From Squalus acanthias (lineage: Eukaryota), in the NCBI GenBank assembly GCA_030390025.1, contig CM059431.1, forward strand, positions 121,398,001 through 121,462,000: DNA of 64,000 nucleotides, in the 5' to 3' direction. The translations under genes were made by a program, and so were the position numbers. Of this stretch, positions 34,574 to 48,100 are shown piece after piece. The notes under the pieces are model-generated. The model was given only the letters and a program-made list of their open reading frames with translations. It was not told where the DNA came from and ran no database searches. Within the stretch, counting starts at the first letter, position 1. Each line of letters opens with the position of its first letter.

Positions 34574-37500
34574 CTAATCACCCTTGTGAATTCCCTTTGT
34601 GCCTGACTTCCGTGTGCCTTTGCCTGTCCAAGTGCTCCTATGGCGTGCTAACCCAGTGGCTGCAGCATGGCTGGTGGAAGGCTGCTGATCTTCAGTGGAG
34701 GAGACTACAGATGGCCTTGGAGGTTGACCTCGAGCAAATCTGGGCCTAGAAGGCCCGGCCGTAGACCACACCGTCTTGGCACAGGCAGGCAGCAGTCTGA
34801 GCTGGCTGGCTGACAGGCAACAGCAAGGGCACTGGCGGAGTGGCAGGGGTGGGAACAGGAATGCTGTCATCCTGAGAGAGGACAGCAGGTTCGTGCTCCA
34901 TGGAGCCACTGCCACTCCCCCGGGTTGGTGCCTCAGCAAGCCTAGTAATCTGTTGGAGGACAGATAGCTGGACTGCTAAGACACCCTGCAAGCCCTTTTG
35001 AACACTGGTACCCGCAGCCATGATGGCAGCAGTCTGAGCTTGCATGATAGCAAGCTGAGCTTCCACTGCAGCACTCAGACTTCTGGTGTAAGTTGCTTCT
35101 GCTCCAATGGAAGCTGAGATATTGGCCATCGGACGCTACATCATGGTTGTGTCCACAAGTGTGCTCATGGAGCTGGCCACCACTTCCATGCTAGAAAAGA
35201 TGGGCGCCAAGTTATGTGCAAAGCCCTGTGCCAAGTTGGTGCCAGACTCCACCATGCTCCTTGACATTAAACAAAGGCTTTCTGGCAGGTTTGCCAATGC
35301 ACCAAGCATTTTGTTGTGTATGCCCATCAGCGTTCTTCTGTAGCCTGCCCCATCAAAGTCCTCATCTGAGTCCTCTGCAGCAGAATTCATGTATGACCTC
35401 GCCCTCCGGCAAGCTGCCACCTGTGCTATCCTTGCCCCCCTCCCCTGGCTGCAGTGCACATGCGCCCGGTGACTCACCACGTGCAGATTCTGCCTCTAAT
35501 CTATCCTGTAAGATGCACACATTTTCAGTATCTGAGCTGCTGGCTGTGTGTGTGAAATCAAGTGACAGTGGGCTGGACATTGCGGGGGCTCAGCGGGCAT
35601 GATCAGTGGTTGGTTCGGGTGGGAAAGTGTTTTTTTCCCCCAGCGGGTCAGGACCTTGCTGTGAACCCGCCACCACACGCCTTTCCCTGATGTCGGGTCT
35701 GTCAACACTGAGCAGACCTGCAACTCAGCGGTGGGTTCACAGCGGAGGACCCAATTCAGGCTTGTTTAGAGCCACTTAAGAATGAATTTCAGTTCACCTT
35801 CTGCATTTGACAGCTCGCCCAAGGGGTCCACGCTGGTCATGGACCACGTCTGTGAAGCTGAGGTGGGAGGTCACTGGCCATTAAATCAGCTGATGAGTTG
35901 ACAACTTCAAATGTCAAGTCAAAGCTCCCACCTTACAGAAATATCATTCTTCAGCCACAAATGCTTCCTCATTGCATTTCCTCAACAGATTCAGCATGCT
36001 GAAAGTCTTTACACAAGTCTCCATCCAGTCTGACCTCAGTACCTCTCCCACCATTGACAGATCGCTTCTGTCATCTCTACTTCACCTGCCATCTATTCCA
36101 TCAGCATGGCTATCCTTTATGCTTTCTCAACTTGGTCCTCAGAATCCCACCACGATCAGCCCCAACACCAGCAGCACCAGGCACACCAATAGCACCAACA
36201 ACAACACACCCAGCATCCGCAATCACCTGATGCTGCACGGGACAGAGGGAGTCAGAACCCGACCACATTGCTGCCTGGGAAGCCAGGGATGACCTCACCA
36301 TGGCCAGATTTTCTTCACTTGACACTCTATTTGGCTACCACATGATGCACGAGGTTGGCACCACCCCACACCATCACCATAAACATCCCTACAATGACCA
36401 AGCCATTCCTTTCACACTCATCACCATTGCAGGGGGTACTGTTATGCTTCACCATTCACTGCAACTCACTAAGCCACTTCCAAAGCTGCACACAAATCTG
36501 TGCAAGAATGCAAAGTGTTGAAAATAAAGGTTTCAATGTTTGACAGCACATTAACAGAAATTTCACGTGAACATTGGCTAAAACACATAAGTGCCTACCC
36601 TTGTGTGTTGTTCGTTGCTATGATTGGACTAGGATGATGGTGAGTGTGAGGGGTGGCTAGTGAGATGGGGATGTGATAATGTAGATAGAGAGGGATGGGT
36701 GGAGGTGCAAGGTAAGTTGGTGTGAGTAAAGATGTGCAGGAGTAGGGTGGGGAAGGCAGAGAGATGGGGATGTGATGGGTGGCACAGCGGGATGAGGTTA
36801 AGTGTGGCTTTGTACTAAAGTTTTGTGATCTATTGAGATCATTGAAAAGTTTGTGGCACTGCACCCAAGTCCTCCTGACCACATCCCTCTTGTCTCCTCC
36901 TGTGCAATGTGGAACCAGGCTGTGCTGATCTCCTAGGGAGGTCTCTTCCACCCATGCGAGAGCCTGGGTGCAGCCCTGCACCTCTGTGCAGTGTTTGTCA
37001 GTGTTTGCAGCACCTCGAATCTGTAGAACACTGACAGCACAAATGTCAAACTAAAGTTGGCCATGGTCCCTTTAAGGAAACCGGCTGATGATGCATCATC
37101 AAATGACGTCACCAGACCCACTTCCTCTAATTGGCCGGGAAACGCGCTGGGCATGTTTGACAAGCTCAATCAGGGGAAAATCGGAGAGTCCGGGATGGAG
37201 CCAGCAGTGGGGTCGGGACCCGCCACCGACGTCGCCCACCACGGACCCGCTGAAATTCATAATATCGTGGCCAGTGTGTCTTCATCATCACTCTCTTCTT
37301 GCTGTTCCTCCACTGCCTGGCCAGGTTGCAGTTCTTGACTATCTGAAAGGCAAAAGGCGTAAGGGTAAGGTTATGGTGAAGGAAAGTAAGAGGTGCATGC
37401 TTATACAATCTGCATCTTGTAAGTCAGAAGAGATTGTGGGATGAGGAGGAAGTGAGATATGAGAAGTAGGATTAGGTATGAGGATACCGTCATCTTCAAT

Positions 37501-37620
37501 GGATTCAGCACCGATGCTGTCCATGGTCTCAGCAATGGCCATTCCAATAATGGCCAGCACCGTCTCCTCCATGGGGATTTAGGACATGCAGGCACGCCTG
37601 TCCCCCTCCATCCAAGCATG
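34574..37620 (-). pseudogene. Harbinger second (Myb-associated) gene, convergent with the transposase, interrupted by 35570-37272
   Basis: MEETVLAIIG segment (ORF 37339..37572), acidic/low-complexity C-terminal segments 34574-35580; AATAAA at ~34497 between the convergent genes; same layout as 12270-13404. Confidence 0.6.
35570..37272. mobile_element. Nested non-autonomous Harbinger (1.7 kb), longer relative of 6161-7033
   Basis: TIR GGGCTGGACATT / AATATCGTGGCC, TSD AGT; minus-strand Myb segment AAPRLS..RTWVQCHKLFNDL; right end homologous to 6740-7033. Confidence 0.8.
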
Positions 37621-37679
37621 GGGTGTGGGGCGGGTATTCATATCATGATGCATAGCTGACTAAAGAAGTGATTAAAGAG

Positions 37680-39220
37680 ATAGGACAGGTGCCCTGTGAG
37701 CCTCTTGCCCATATCTTCAATAGTTCAATAGAATCAGGGATAGTTTCCTTAGACTGAAAGCTAGATCATATAGTTCCTATTTTCAAAAAAGGGGACAAAT
37801 CAAAGCCAGGGAACTACAGGCCGATAAACCTGACATCCATTATTGGGAAGATGCTAGAATCTATTATTAAGAGTGTGGTAACAGGGCACTTAGAAATTAA
37901 TAATAGGACTGGGCAGAGTCATCACAGATTTATGAAAGGGAAATCATGTTTGACAGATCTGTTAGAGTTTTTTGAGGTTGTAACTAACAGGATAGATAAG
38001 GGGGAACCAGTGGATGTAGAGTATTTGGAGTTTCAGAAGGCATTCGATAAGGTGCCACACAAGAGGTTATTAAACAAAATTAGGGCTCATGGGATTAGGG
38101 GTAATATACTAGCATGGATTGAGGATTGGTTAATGGACAGAAAACAGAGAGTAGGAATAAACGGGTCATTCTCAGGTTGGCAGGCTGTAACTAGTGGGGT
38201 ACCGCAAGGATCAGTGCTTGGGCCTCAGCTATTTACAATCTATATCAATGATTTGGATGAGTGGACCAAATGTAATATAACCAAGTTTGCTGATGATACA
38301 AAGCTAGGTGGGAATGTAAGTTGTGAGGAGGATGCAAAGAGGCTGCAAGGGAATATAGACAAGTTAAGCGAGTGGGCAAGAACATGGCAAGTGGAATATA
38401 ATGTGGAGAAATGTGAAGTTATCCACATTGGTAGGAAAAATAGAAAAGCAGAGTATTTTTTAAATGGTGAGAGATTGGGAAATGTTGGTGTCAGAGGGAC
38501 TTGGGTGTCCTTGTACATGAATCACTGAAAGTTAATATTCAAGTACAGCAAGCAATTAGGAAAGCAAATGGTATGTTGGCCTTTATTACATTACAAAAGG
38601 ATTTGAGTATAAGCGTAAAGACGTCTTATTGCAATTATATAGGGCCCTGGTGAGACCACACCTGAAGTATTGTGTACAGTTTTAGTCTCCTTACCTAAGG
38701 AAGGATACACTTGCCATAGAGGGAGTGCAACAAAGGTTCACCAGACTGATTCCTGGGATGGGGGGATTGTCCTATGAGGAGAGATTGAGTAGACTAGGCC
38801 TATATTCTCTAGAGTTTAGAAGAATGAGAGGTGATCTCATTGAAACATACAAAATTCTTAAAGGCTTGACAGGGTAGATGCAGGAGGATGTTTCCCCTGG
38901 CTGGGGAGTCTCGAACTCGGGATCACAGTCTCAAAATAAGGGGATCGACCAATTAGGACTGAGATGAGGAGAAATTTCTTCACTCAGAGGGTGGTGAATC
39001 TTTGGAATTCTCTACCCCAGAGGGCTGTGGAGGCTCAGTCGGCAAGTATATTCAAGGCAGAGATTGATAGATTTTTGGAAATTAAGGGAATCAAGGGGGA
39101 TGGGGAGAGTGTAGGAAAGTGGAGCTGAGGTAGAAGATCAGCCATGATCTTATTGAATGGCGGAGCAGGCTCGACGAGCCGAATGGCCTACTCTTGCATC
39201 TATTTCTTATGTTCTTATGT
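37680..39220 (+). mobile_element. CR1 LINE RT/3' fragment
   Basis: ORF 37851..38528 with GVPQGSVLGP and FADD; CR1 tail. Confidence 0.9.
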
Positions 39221-39224
39221 CCTC

Positions 39225-40700
39225 CTTATGCTAGAATGGATCGTAAGAGATGCCCTATATGATTACTGGGAAAGGGAAGGGGCCATTACAAATTCACAAC
39301 GCAGCTTCCAAAAAATGGTCATGTCTAACAAATTTGATGAGTTTTTTGAGGAAGTCACTAGGGTAGTGGGTGAGGACATTGTCTACCTGGACTTTCAGAA
39401 AGCCTTTGATAAGGTCCCTCACACTAGTGTAAGTCTTTCTCTTATTACCGTTTGGATTCAAGAATTACGAATAAGCGTAACAATGACAGACAAGTATGTG
39501 ATCAATAAAATTGTTTTTTATTCACACTATAGTTCAAAATTCAAGTGTACAATCGCAATCAATATGCTCCCAATTTACCCGTACGTACAAGTACTTCCCA
39601 GCAATTTGCACGCTACCTCTGGGCGATTTATGTCCCAAGTCAACTGTACATAAAAGTACTCCTTTAACAATATCTAAGCTCTTTGTCTGACTTTCATACA
39701 TACTCCTTTATCTCTGGGTGATCAGTCCAGAAAGTCATAAGTCGAAACATAGACTGGCCAGCTTCCTTTGTTCATCTGTTCTTCCACTTCTGTCTTCTTT
39801 CTTTCTTCTGGGTTCTGAATTTTCCGCCTCTGGGTCACTTCTGTTGTTGGGCCTTTCTGCCGGCCTCCCTCATATAATCAGTGTCTGCCTCCCTCTGATT
39901 GGTCAATTTCACTCCAAACCTTCCCTGATTGGAGTTCCTTCTGCATGACATGTTCATGTTCCTGTGAGGTGTATGGGGGTGGGAGTTCCTTGTCAGTCAT
40001 GTTTCTTCTTCCTGTCCATGTGGCCTTTCAAACAAAGGACCATGCTGACCACCAGGCAAAGGACCCCCTGCTGACTTCCACCATTTTGAATCCATCCATA
40101 ACCATTTCACAATTCATTCTGAACTGCGATCTCCACACGGTAGCAGTGGTTTTATTACAGTTTCTAGAATCTTACACTAGGTTACGTCACAAGATGGAAT
40201 CTTGTGGTATCAGTATAAATTTGAAATGTTGGATTAGGAATTAGCCCCAATCCCGTGCCCAAAAAGTTGTAGTTAACAGATGTGGTTCAGCTTAGAGACA
40301 TGTTACTAGTGGTGCCCCCAAGGATTAGTCCTCAGTCCACTAATCTTCACAGTCTTTACTAATGGCCTGGACAGCAGTGGGAGTATCATAAGTAAGTTTG
40401 CAGATGAAAACAAAATATGTGCAAGGGTTAAAACAGTAGAGGAGTGCAATCAAATCCAAAAAGATTTAAATGTGCTAGGGAGTGGGCCACACATTGGTAA
40501 ATGGCATTTAATTTAGATAAATGTAGTGTCATAAATGTTGGTCGGGCCAACACAGAATGCACGTATCATGTGCAGGGAACTATACTGAAAGAGGTCGAGA
40601 GAGAAAAAGATCTTGGTGTTATTGTGCACTGATCACTGAAGGTTCATGACCAATGTAGAGAAACTGCAGCTAATCCTAAAAAGGTATTTGTTTGTATTAA
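39225..40700 (+). mobile_element. Older CR1 RT fragment split by solo LTR
   Basis: YLDFQKAFDKVPHT|RLRHKMESCGI rejoins across the insert. Confidence 0.75.
39428..40176 (-). mobile_element. Solo LTR (749 bp)
   Basis: TGTAAG...CTTACA termini and 4-bp TSD CTAG; orientation inferred from TTTATT at ~39517. Confidence 0.8.
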
Positions 40701-41394
40701 TTTTCTTTTTTTTTCTTAGCTTTCTTTTATTTTGTCCTTCGCATTTACTATAAAAGTATTTCTCAAGCCTGATTCTGATGAAGGGTCATATCAGAAACTT
40801 TAACTGCTAGTGCATCTCCTGTGGTATTGTTCATGGTTATTCAAAGGTATGTTTATCTGTGGAGTAGCTTGGTGGAGTTGAGGGACAAGTGGATATGGTG
40901 GCTGAAAGGAATTGGAAGTAAGTTTGTGAAAGTTGCACTCAGAGAAGGTGAAGTTGGAGGGCTCAGAATTTCACCCTGGCCCAAGGTGCATCTCCAGTAT
41001 AGCTGATGGAGGGTCCTAGAAAATGGGGCAGAACCTGGTTTGGCCTGGATACTGCCCCTTGGAGAAGAGGCCAAGAAATTCTGGTGAGGGAGGAGCAGAT
41101 ATTCCACAAAGTTCCATTTCATCATTGGAATGTGTCTGGGGGGAGTTCCTCTAGGAACTCCCCCCAGACACATTACATTGGGAAATTCTGCTTAGTATGC
41201 CAACTGATATGCCCAACAGAACTCCCACTTACTATAAATAAGTTTAAGTTCCATTACAGACCTTCCCAAAATTCCTCAGGGCAAAGGTAATCTATCTGGG
41301 AGGAGATCTATTTCCTTAAAGAGACAGCTGTAAATTAGTTCAATAGTATTTATGTAGGCGTCACTGCTCCATTGGAGCTCCATGGTGCTGCTCC

Positions 41395-42892
41395 AACATC
41401 GAAAAGAATCTAGGGAAGAGATAGCAGAAGCATTATTACCCATATTTATTAATTCGTTAGAAAAAGGTGTAGTGCCAGAGGACTGGCGGATAGCTAATGC
41501 AATACCTATGTCTAAGAAGGGAGATAGAACACGTCCAGGGAACTATAGATCAGTCAGCTTAACATCAGTGGTAGGAAAAATAATGGAATCCCGAGAATAA
41601 TAGAAGAACATCCAGAATCTAAAAATATCATAATGAATAGCCAGCATAGATTTTAAAAGGGAAAGTCTTGCTTGACCAACCTCATTGAATTTTTTGAAGT
41701 GGTAATGGAGAGAGTAGACAAAGGTAATGCAGAGGATGAAATGTATCAAGATTTTCAAAAGGCCTTCGATAAGGTACCACATAATAGACTATTGAATAAG
41801 GTCAGAGCATTCGGAGTCAAGGGACAAGTAGCAGAATGGATAGCTAGCTGCTTTGAAGACAGAAAGCAGAGAGTAGGGGTAAAGGATAGCTATTCAGACT
41901 TGCAGTAGGTGGAAAGTGGTGTCCCACAAGGATCAGTGCTGGGACCAATGATGTTCACAATTTATATTAACGATTTAGAGTTTGGAATCAAAAACACAAT
42001 TTCTAAATTTGCGGATGACACCAAATTTGGGGGGGGGATAGTCAATACTGAGGAGGACTGCAACAAATTACAAGAAGACATTAATAAACTTGCAGAATGG
42101 GCATATAATTGGCAAATGAATTTCAACACAGATAAATGTGAGGTATTACATTTTGGTAAGAAAATTAAGGAGGCTACATATTACTTGAAAAATAAGAATC
42201 TAAATGCGATAGAAGAGCAAAGGGATCTCGAAATACAAATACACAAATCACTAAAAGCAAATCAAGCACTAGGGTTTATATCTAGAGGGATAGAATTGGA
42301 AAGTAAAGAAGTTATGCTGAACTTGTATCGAACCTTGGTTAGACCACACTTGGAGTACTACGTAGAATTCTGGTCACCATATTATAAAAAGGAAAAAGAG
42401 GCACTGGAGAGGGTGTAGAGAAGATTTACATGGATAATACCAGAAATGCGAGGGTATACCTATCAGGAAAGGATGATCAGGCTAGGTCTCTTTTCTCTTA
42501 AAAAGAAAAAGCTGAGGGGTGACCTAATAGAGGTCTTTAAAATTATGAAAGGTTTTGATAGAGTAGACACAGAGAGAGTGTTTCCACTTGTGGGGAAGAG
42601 CATAACTAGAGACCATCAATGTAAGAGAGTCACCAAAGAATTCAGAAGCAACTTCTTTACCCAGAGAGTGGTGAGAATGTGGAACTTGCTACCACAGGGA
42701 GTGATTGAAGCGAATAGTATAGATGCATTTAAGGGGAGGCTACATAAGCATATGAGGAGAAGGGACTAGATAGAGTTAGATGAGGAAAGACAGAGGAGGC
42801 GCGAGTGGAGCATAAACACCAGCATGGACTGGTTGGGCCGAATGGCCTTTTTCTGTGCTGTATATCCTATGTAATATGTAATCCTATGTAAC
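41395..42892 (+). mobile_element. CR1 LINE RT/3' fragment
   Basis: [39 protein letters not shown]; tail (ATCCTATGTA)n. Confidence 0.9.
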
Positions 42893-43699
42893 ATTCTGGG
42901 CCTCCATTGGGGCAGTCTGCGCTGATGTACCTTTACAGCCATGATGTGCCCACTTTGAACATGCTAATGACATGGCCCCTACAATTTGGGATAGGGTTGG
43001 TATCCTTCTGAGTCAACAGACTTAGGACCTGCCCTGTCACACTTCCATCAATCGAGCGGGACATCTAAATTTTAGCCCCTGTGTATTTTGATTGGTTTCT
43101 GGGAAGTTTGAGCCGATCACAACATTTTGCATGAAAGTCACTTTTCAGGAAAGACAAAACACTTTCAACATTTTACATAATATAAAATGTGGTGTCAGCA
43201 GTAGTTTAACACGTATCACAAAGACATTTCAATTAAAAACATTCAAAAGTTTTAGGGGAACAATTTCAATCAGTAATTCATGGAGCATTAGCTTATTTTA
43301 ATGAAATAAATGTTAAAAGGAAATCTATAATGACTGAAGATCAGTACAGTTATTAGGCATTTCATACTTGAAGTATCATTTCTATGATACTGCTCATGAC
43401 AGTGAAAACATTTCAGAGATCAGAGGTTTAAAGCTATAGATGATTTGTTTGTTATCACTATAGAACCATAACACAAATTGTGCGCATTACAGGCTTACAT
43501 TTCTTTCCTATTCTGCAGCCTATAGTTACTTGTTAGGCTTCACGACAAAGACATGCCGACCAGGCCCTGCATACTCAAGTATAAGCCTGAATCTGAGGAC
43601 GAGATTGATATGCTGGGGTCAATTTTCATGTCTGGTGTACATTGGGAGGATGGTAGGCAGGGCAAAGAATCTGCCTCCCCAACAGCTTCAGCGGGAAGA

Positions 43700-43992
43700 T
43701 ACAGAGAGACTATTTCCTCTGATGGGGGCATCATGAACCAGGGGATGTAATCCTAAAATTAGAGCTAGGCCATTTGGGAGGGAAATCAGGAAGCACTTTT
43801 TCACATAATGGCTTGTAGAAATCTGGAATTCTCAGCCCCAAAATCTGTGGATGCTCAGATAATTGGAGCTTTGAAGACTGAGAGCGATAGATTTTTGTCA
43901 GGTAAGGGTGTCAAGGGATAGGGAGCTAAGGCAAGTAAATGGAGTTGAGGTAGAGCTCAGTAGGCTCGAGGGACTACTCCTTTGCCTATGTT
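43700..43992 (+). mobile_element. CR1 3' fragment
   Basis: Degenerate FPL..FFT..WNS segment and CR1-like tail. Confidence 0.65.
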
Positions 43993-43999
43993 GATAGCA

Positions 44000-45130
44000 A
44001 GGCAGTCCGATTTTCAGATACAGCCTTGGAGGTGCTTATCAAACAAGATAGGGCCAGGAAGGACATTCTGTTTCCTTCAGATGGAAGATAGATGCCACGC
44101 CAAATAAGTCAGCATGGAAAGGCATGGCTGAGCAGGTCAGTGCCAGCAAGATCATTCCCAGGACCTGGCTTCAGTGCCGAAAAAAAATGTAATGACCTTA
44201 TCAGGACTACCAAAGTAAGAATTCTATTCACATCTTTCTTATTCTGGATACAGCCCTGCAACAGCATACTTTTTCCCCAAGGTTACCAATCTTTCCCTCT
44301 CCCGTTGCACTAACCTTTCCTCCAATCGCAATGGGATACTTCACTGTACCATTTTAAACCTACACTCATACGTACAACCAATGTTCCCTCTAAATTGTCC
44401 TTGTTGTGCGTGGCCTGTTTATTTCAATGCGCGGTCCCTTTAAATTTCAGTGCATGCGCAGTATTTCAAATGGAAAAGCTTGTGAGCATCCTGCGCGGTA
44501 CCCTGCAGATTACTGCGTGGTAATGCACTCACGCAGCTTAGAGGGAATATTGCATACAACACCTGCTACTGCCCTCAAAACTGGCACAACCAACATTATG
44601 CTTTTATTTTGTTTAAACTTGGATTAATTCTCATATTCCTTCATCGTCGCTGGGTCAAAATCCTGGAACTCCCTCCCTAACAGCACTATGGGAGTACCTT
44701 CACCACACAGACTGCAGCGGTTCAAGAAAGCGGCTCACCACCACCTTCTCAAGGGCAATTAGGGATTGGCAATAAATGCCAGCGATGCCCACATCCCATA
44801 TACGAATAAATAAAAATTTTTTTTTGTTAAGTTCTTCGATGCTGCACATTGTATACACTTTCTTTCATCCAACAACTTCCCTTTCTTGCATACAATTGCT
44901 GCTTCTTCCTCTCACCATGCACACTGTACTAAGCTGCCTCACACATCATCACACCCCTTTCACCAGTCACACACTAGCCCACTCCCACTCTTCCATAAGG
45001 ACAAGCTTGCACACAATGGAAGGGAGACTGCAAGAACTGCAGACATGCAGCCATGTTGCAGACTCTCACTCCAGTGGAGGATGCCGTTGTCGACAGTAGG
45101 ACGCGCTGTGTTGAAGATGACAGGGCTTGA
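44000..45130 (+). pseudogene. Harbinger Myb/SANT-like gene, two exon remnants
   Basis: RFSDTALEVL..KDILFPSDG..PRTWLQCRKKCNDLIRTTK followed by GTAAG donor (~44215); next segment DKLAHNGRETART after AG at ~45000. Confidence 0.7.
44379..44552. mobile_element. hAT-type MITE (174 bp)
   Basis: TIR CAATGTTCCCTCTAA / TTAGAGGGAATATTG; 8-bp TSD CGTACAAC/CATACAAC; same TIR at ~17723. Confidence 0.85.
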
Positions 45131-45164
45131 GGCCATGCGCAGCAGGATGTTTGAACTTTTTCCT

Positions 45165-48100
45165 CAGCTGGCCTCATTGGCCAGGCCCCTAGCTAAGCTG
45201 TTCCAGTACAGGTACGACACTAGCATCTACACGACAAAATAGAAAATTGCCCAGGTATGTCTGTTCATAAAAAGCAGGGCAAATTCAACCCGGCCAATTA
45301 CCTCCCCATCAGCCTACTCCTAATCATTAGCAAAGTGATAAAAAGAGTCATCAACAGCGTTATTAAGTGACACTTACTGACCAATAACCTGCTCACCGAT
45401 GCTCAGTTTGGGTTCCACCAGGATGGCTAAACACATCATTACAGTCTTGGTGCAAACATGGACGCAACACATGAATTCCAGAGATGACGTGAGACTGACA
45501 GCATTTGACCAACTGTGTAACCAAGGAGCCCTAGTAAAACTGAAGTCAAAGGGGATCAGGGGGAAAGTTCTCGACCATCTTCAGCTGCTTCATCAATGAC
45601 CTTCCTTCCATCATAAGGTCAGAAGTGGGGATGTTTGCTGATGATTGCACAGTGTTCAGTTCCCTTCGCAACTCCTCTGATAATGAAGCAGTCCATGCCC
45701 GAATGCAGCAAGACCTGAATGACATTTAGGCTTGGGCTGATAAGTGGCAAGTAACATTCGTGCCACACAAGTACCAGGCAATGACTATCTCCAACAAGCG
45801 AGAGTCAAACCACCGCCCTTTCACATTCAATGGCATTACCATTGCTGAATCCCCCACCATCGATATCCTGGGGGTCACCATTGACCAGAAACTTAACTGG
45901 ACCAGTCACATAAATACTGTGGCAATAAGAGCAGGTCAGAGGCTGGGTATTCTGTGGTGAGTGTCTCACCTCCTGACTTCCCAAAGCCTTTCCACCAGCT
46001 ACAAGTCACAAGTCAGGAGTGTGCTGGAATAATCTCTACTTGCCTGGATGAGTGCAGCTCCAACAACACTCAAGAAGCTCGACAACATCCAGGATAAAGC
46101 AGCCTGCTTGATCGGCACCCAATCCACCACCTTAAACATTCACTCCCTGCACCACCGGCGCACCATGGCTGCAGTGTGTACCCTCTACAAGATGCACTGC
46201 AGCAACTCACCAAGGCTTCTTCGACAGCACCTCCCAAACCTGCGACCTCTACCACCTAAAAGGACAAGGGCAGCAGGTGCATGGGAACATCATCATCTGC
46301 AAGTTCCCCTCCAAGTTACACACCATCCTGACCATATTGCTGTCCCTTCATCGTCGCGGGGTCAAAATCCTGGAACTCCCACCCTAACAGCACTGTGGGA
46401 GTACTGTAAGGTTTCCAAAATTTACAGATCCCCAAAACCTAAGGAAAAAGGACTTTGGAACTACCTCAGAGTGATAAAAATGCATTTGGGCCCAACCTAA
46501 TGAATATAAGACCAAAAAAACAAGTTCTGGCATTATAAAAACATGTCTGGGCCTGTAAAGGGACAAGGAGGTGGGTTTGACCTCTGTAAAAGCAGTTTGG
46601 TTATTGCAGTTAATTACACTGTCTGGGGAACCGGGATGACCTCACTCAAGCCCCAGCAGACATTAACATTTGAACAATAGACCCTGGGAGAAGACAGTCC
46701 CACCCAAAGACAGGCCCCATCAAAACCGATTACAGGGCCCATCAGAAACATGCATAATAAAACCCACTCAGGACCATTCTAGAGAAAGACTGAGTCCAGC
46801 CTAGAAACCCAAACACGAAACCAATCAATTGTAATCAACCAAGGAGATCGACAGGACGCAAGCTATCCCAAAAACCATTTGACACTTACAGAGCAGTTAC
46901 TGGTAACAGGCCAGACAAAATCAGACAATGAACTGAGCAGATTTGGCGGGTAGATAAGGCCATATTCAATGGGTGAGATTGAAGGCCTGTTAAAAAACCA
47001 GTTAACACGCTAGTAAAGACGTTACCATTAACGAGCCCTCCAAAATCTTACAATGCACAGATAAGGAAGCTTCAATTAGTATAATTGAAAGGCTGTTTTC
47101 TCAAGAAGGCAGTTCCGCAGCTCTGAAGAAGACAGTTCAAGTTCGAGTTCTCCAGTAAAGTTACACAGCAGCAAGGTATTCAGCAAGCAGTTAAACAAGA
47201 AGCTGTTCAGGGAGTTCAGCAAGAAGCTGTTGAAGGGAGTTCAACAAGTTAAGGAGTTCAGCAGTTACTACAGTTCAAGGTCGAGTTCTCCAGTACAGTT
47301 TCACAGTTCAACAGAAACAAGCAACAAGCAGTCCGACAGAAGGCAGTTCCACAGTTCTGCAAGAAGGCAGTTCCACAGCTCTGAAGAAGACAGTTCAACA
47401 AGGCGAGGGGGCAACAGAAAGAAGTTCAACAAAGAAGGCCAGCAGCTGTAGAAGCAGGCCGACACGCAAGAAGAAACGAGAGCAACAGTTCCAGTGACCA
47501 TCAGACACCTCGTGGCAACAAGGGCCTTCCAAAACTTTTTACTTAAAAGGACTCTAAACCCTATCTCTAACAAAGAAAAGTGGGTACTCACCCGATAAAT
47601 CCAATCCAGCGAATCCCGAAACCGCGAACCAGCTCAACTGTCAAGGATTCGTTTGGTGAGCATTATCCCTGGTTCTCCAGAGTCCAACTTAGCTAGTGAA
47701 GTGGGATTGGGAGGGGTGAAGTATTCTTCTAATGTTATTTCCCTCGCTTGTACCGAAGTGTTCCCCACTTTTAGAGTGTTAAGAGTGTTTGTGTTGTGTT
47801 TTACCTTTTTTAATAAAGATTGAAGTTCTTTCATCAAACTCAGTTGTCTGCTGCACCTTTTGTATCACAACCCCCAAATAAGTCCAAGGTCTAGAACCAA
47901 GGGAGTGGGAGCGATTCGAACCGCTCAGAAGTCAGAGGTGAAGCTGACACAAACCACCACCCCCTACAGTACCATCACCACAACGACTGCAGCAGTTCAA
48001 GAAGGCGGCTCACCACCACCTTCTCAAGGGCATTTAGGGATGGGCAATAAATGCTGGCTTTGTCAACGATGCCCACATCCCATGAACGAATAAAAAAAAT
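45165..48100 (+). mobile_element. Second LINE family (CR1-group RT), split by solo LTR
   Basis: FADD, WADKWQVTF, ILGVTIDQKLNWTSHI; tail GGGCAATAAATGC..CACATCCCATG..A-rich; tail copies at ~10040, ~29150, 44634-44815; further fragment 48100-48472. Confidence 0.8.
46405..47968 (+). mobile_element. Solo LTR (1564 bp)
   Basis: TGTAAGG...CCCTACA, 4-bp TSD GTAC; host LINE rejoins (compare 44680-44720); AATAAA at 47812. Confidence 0.85.

Noticed and set aside
47100..47450. CRISPR-like repeats
   Set aside because: Irregular repeats without unique spacers, in a eukaryotic LTR context, with no cas genes
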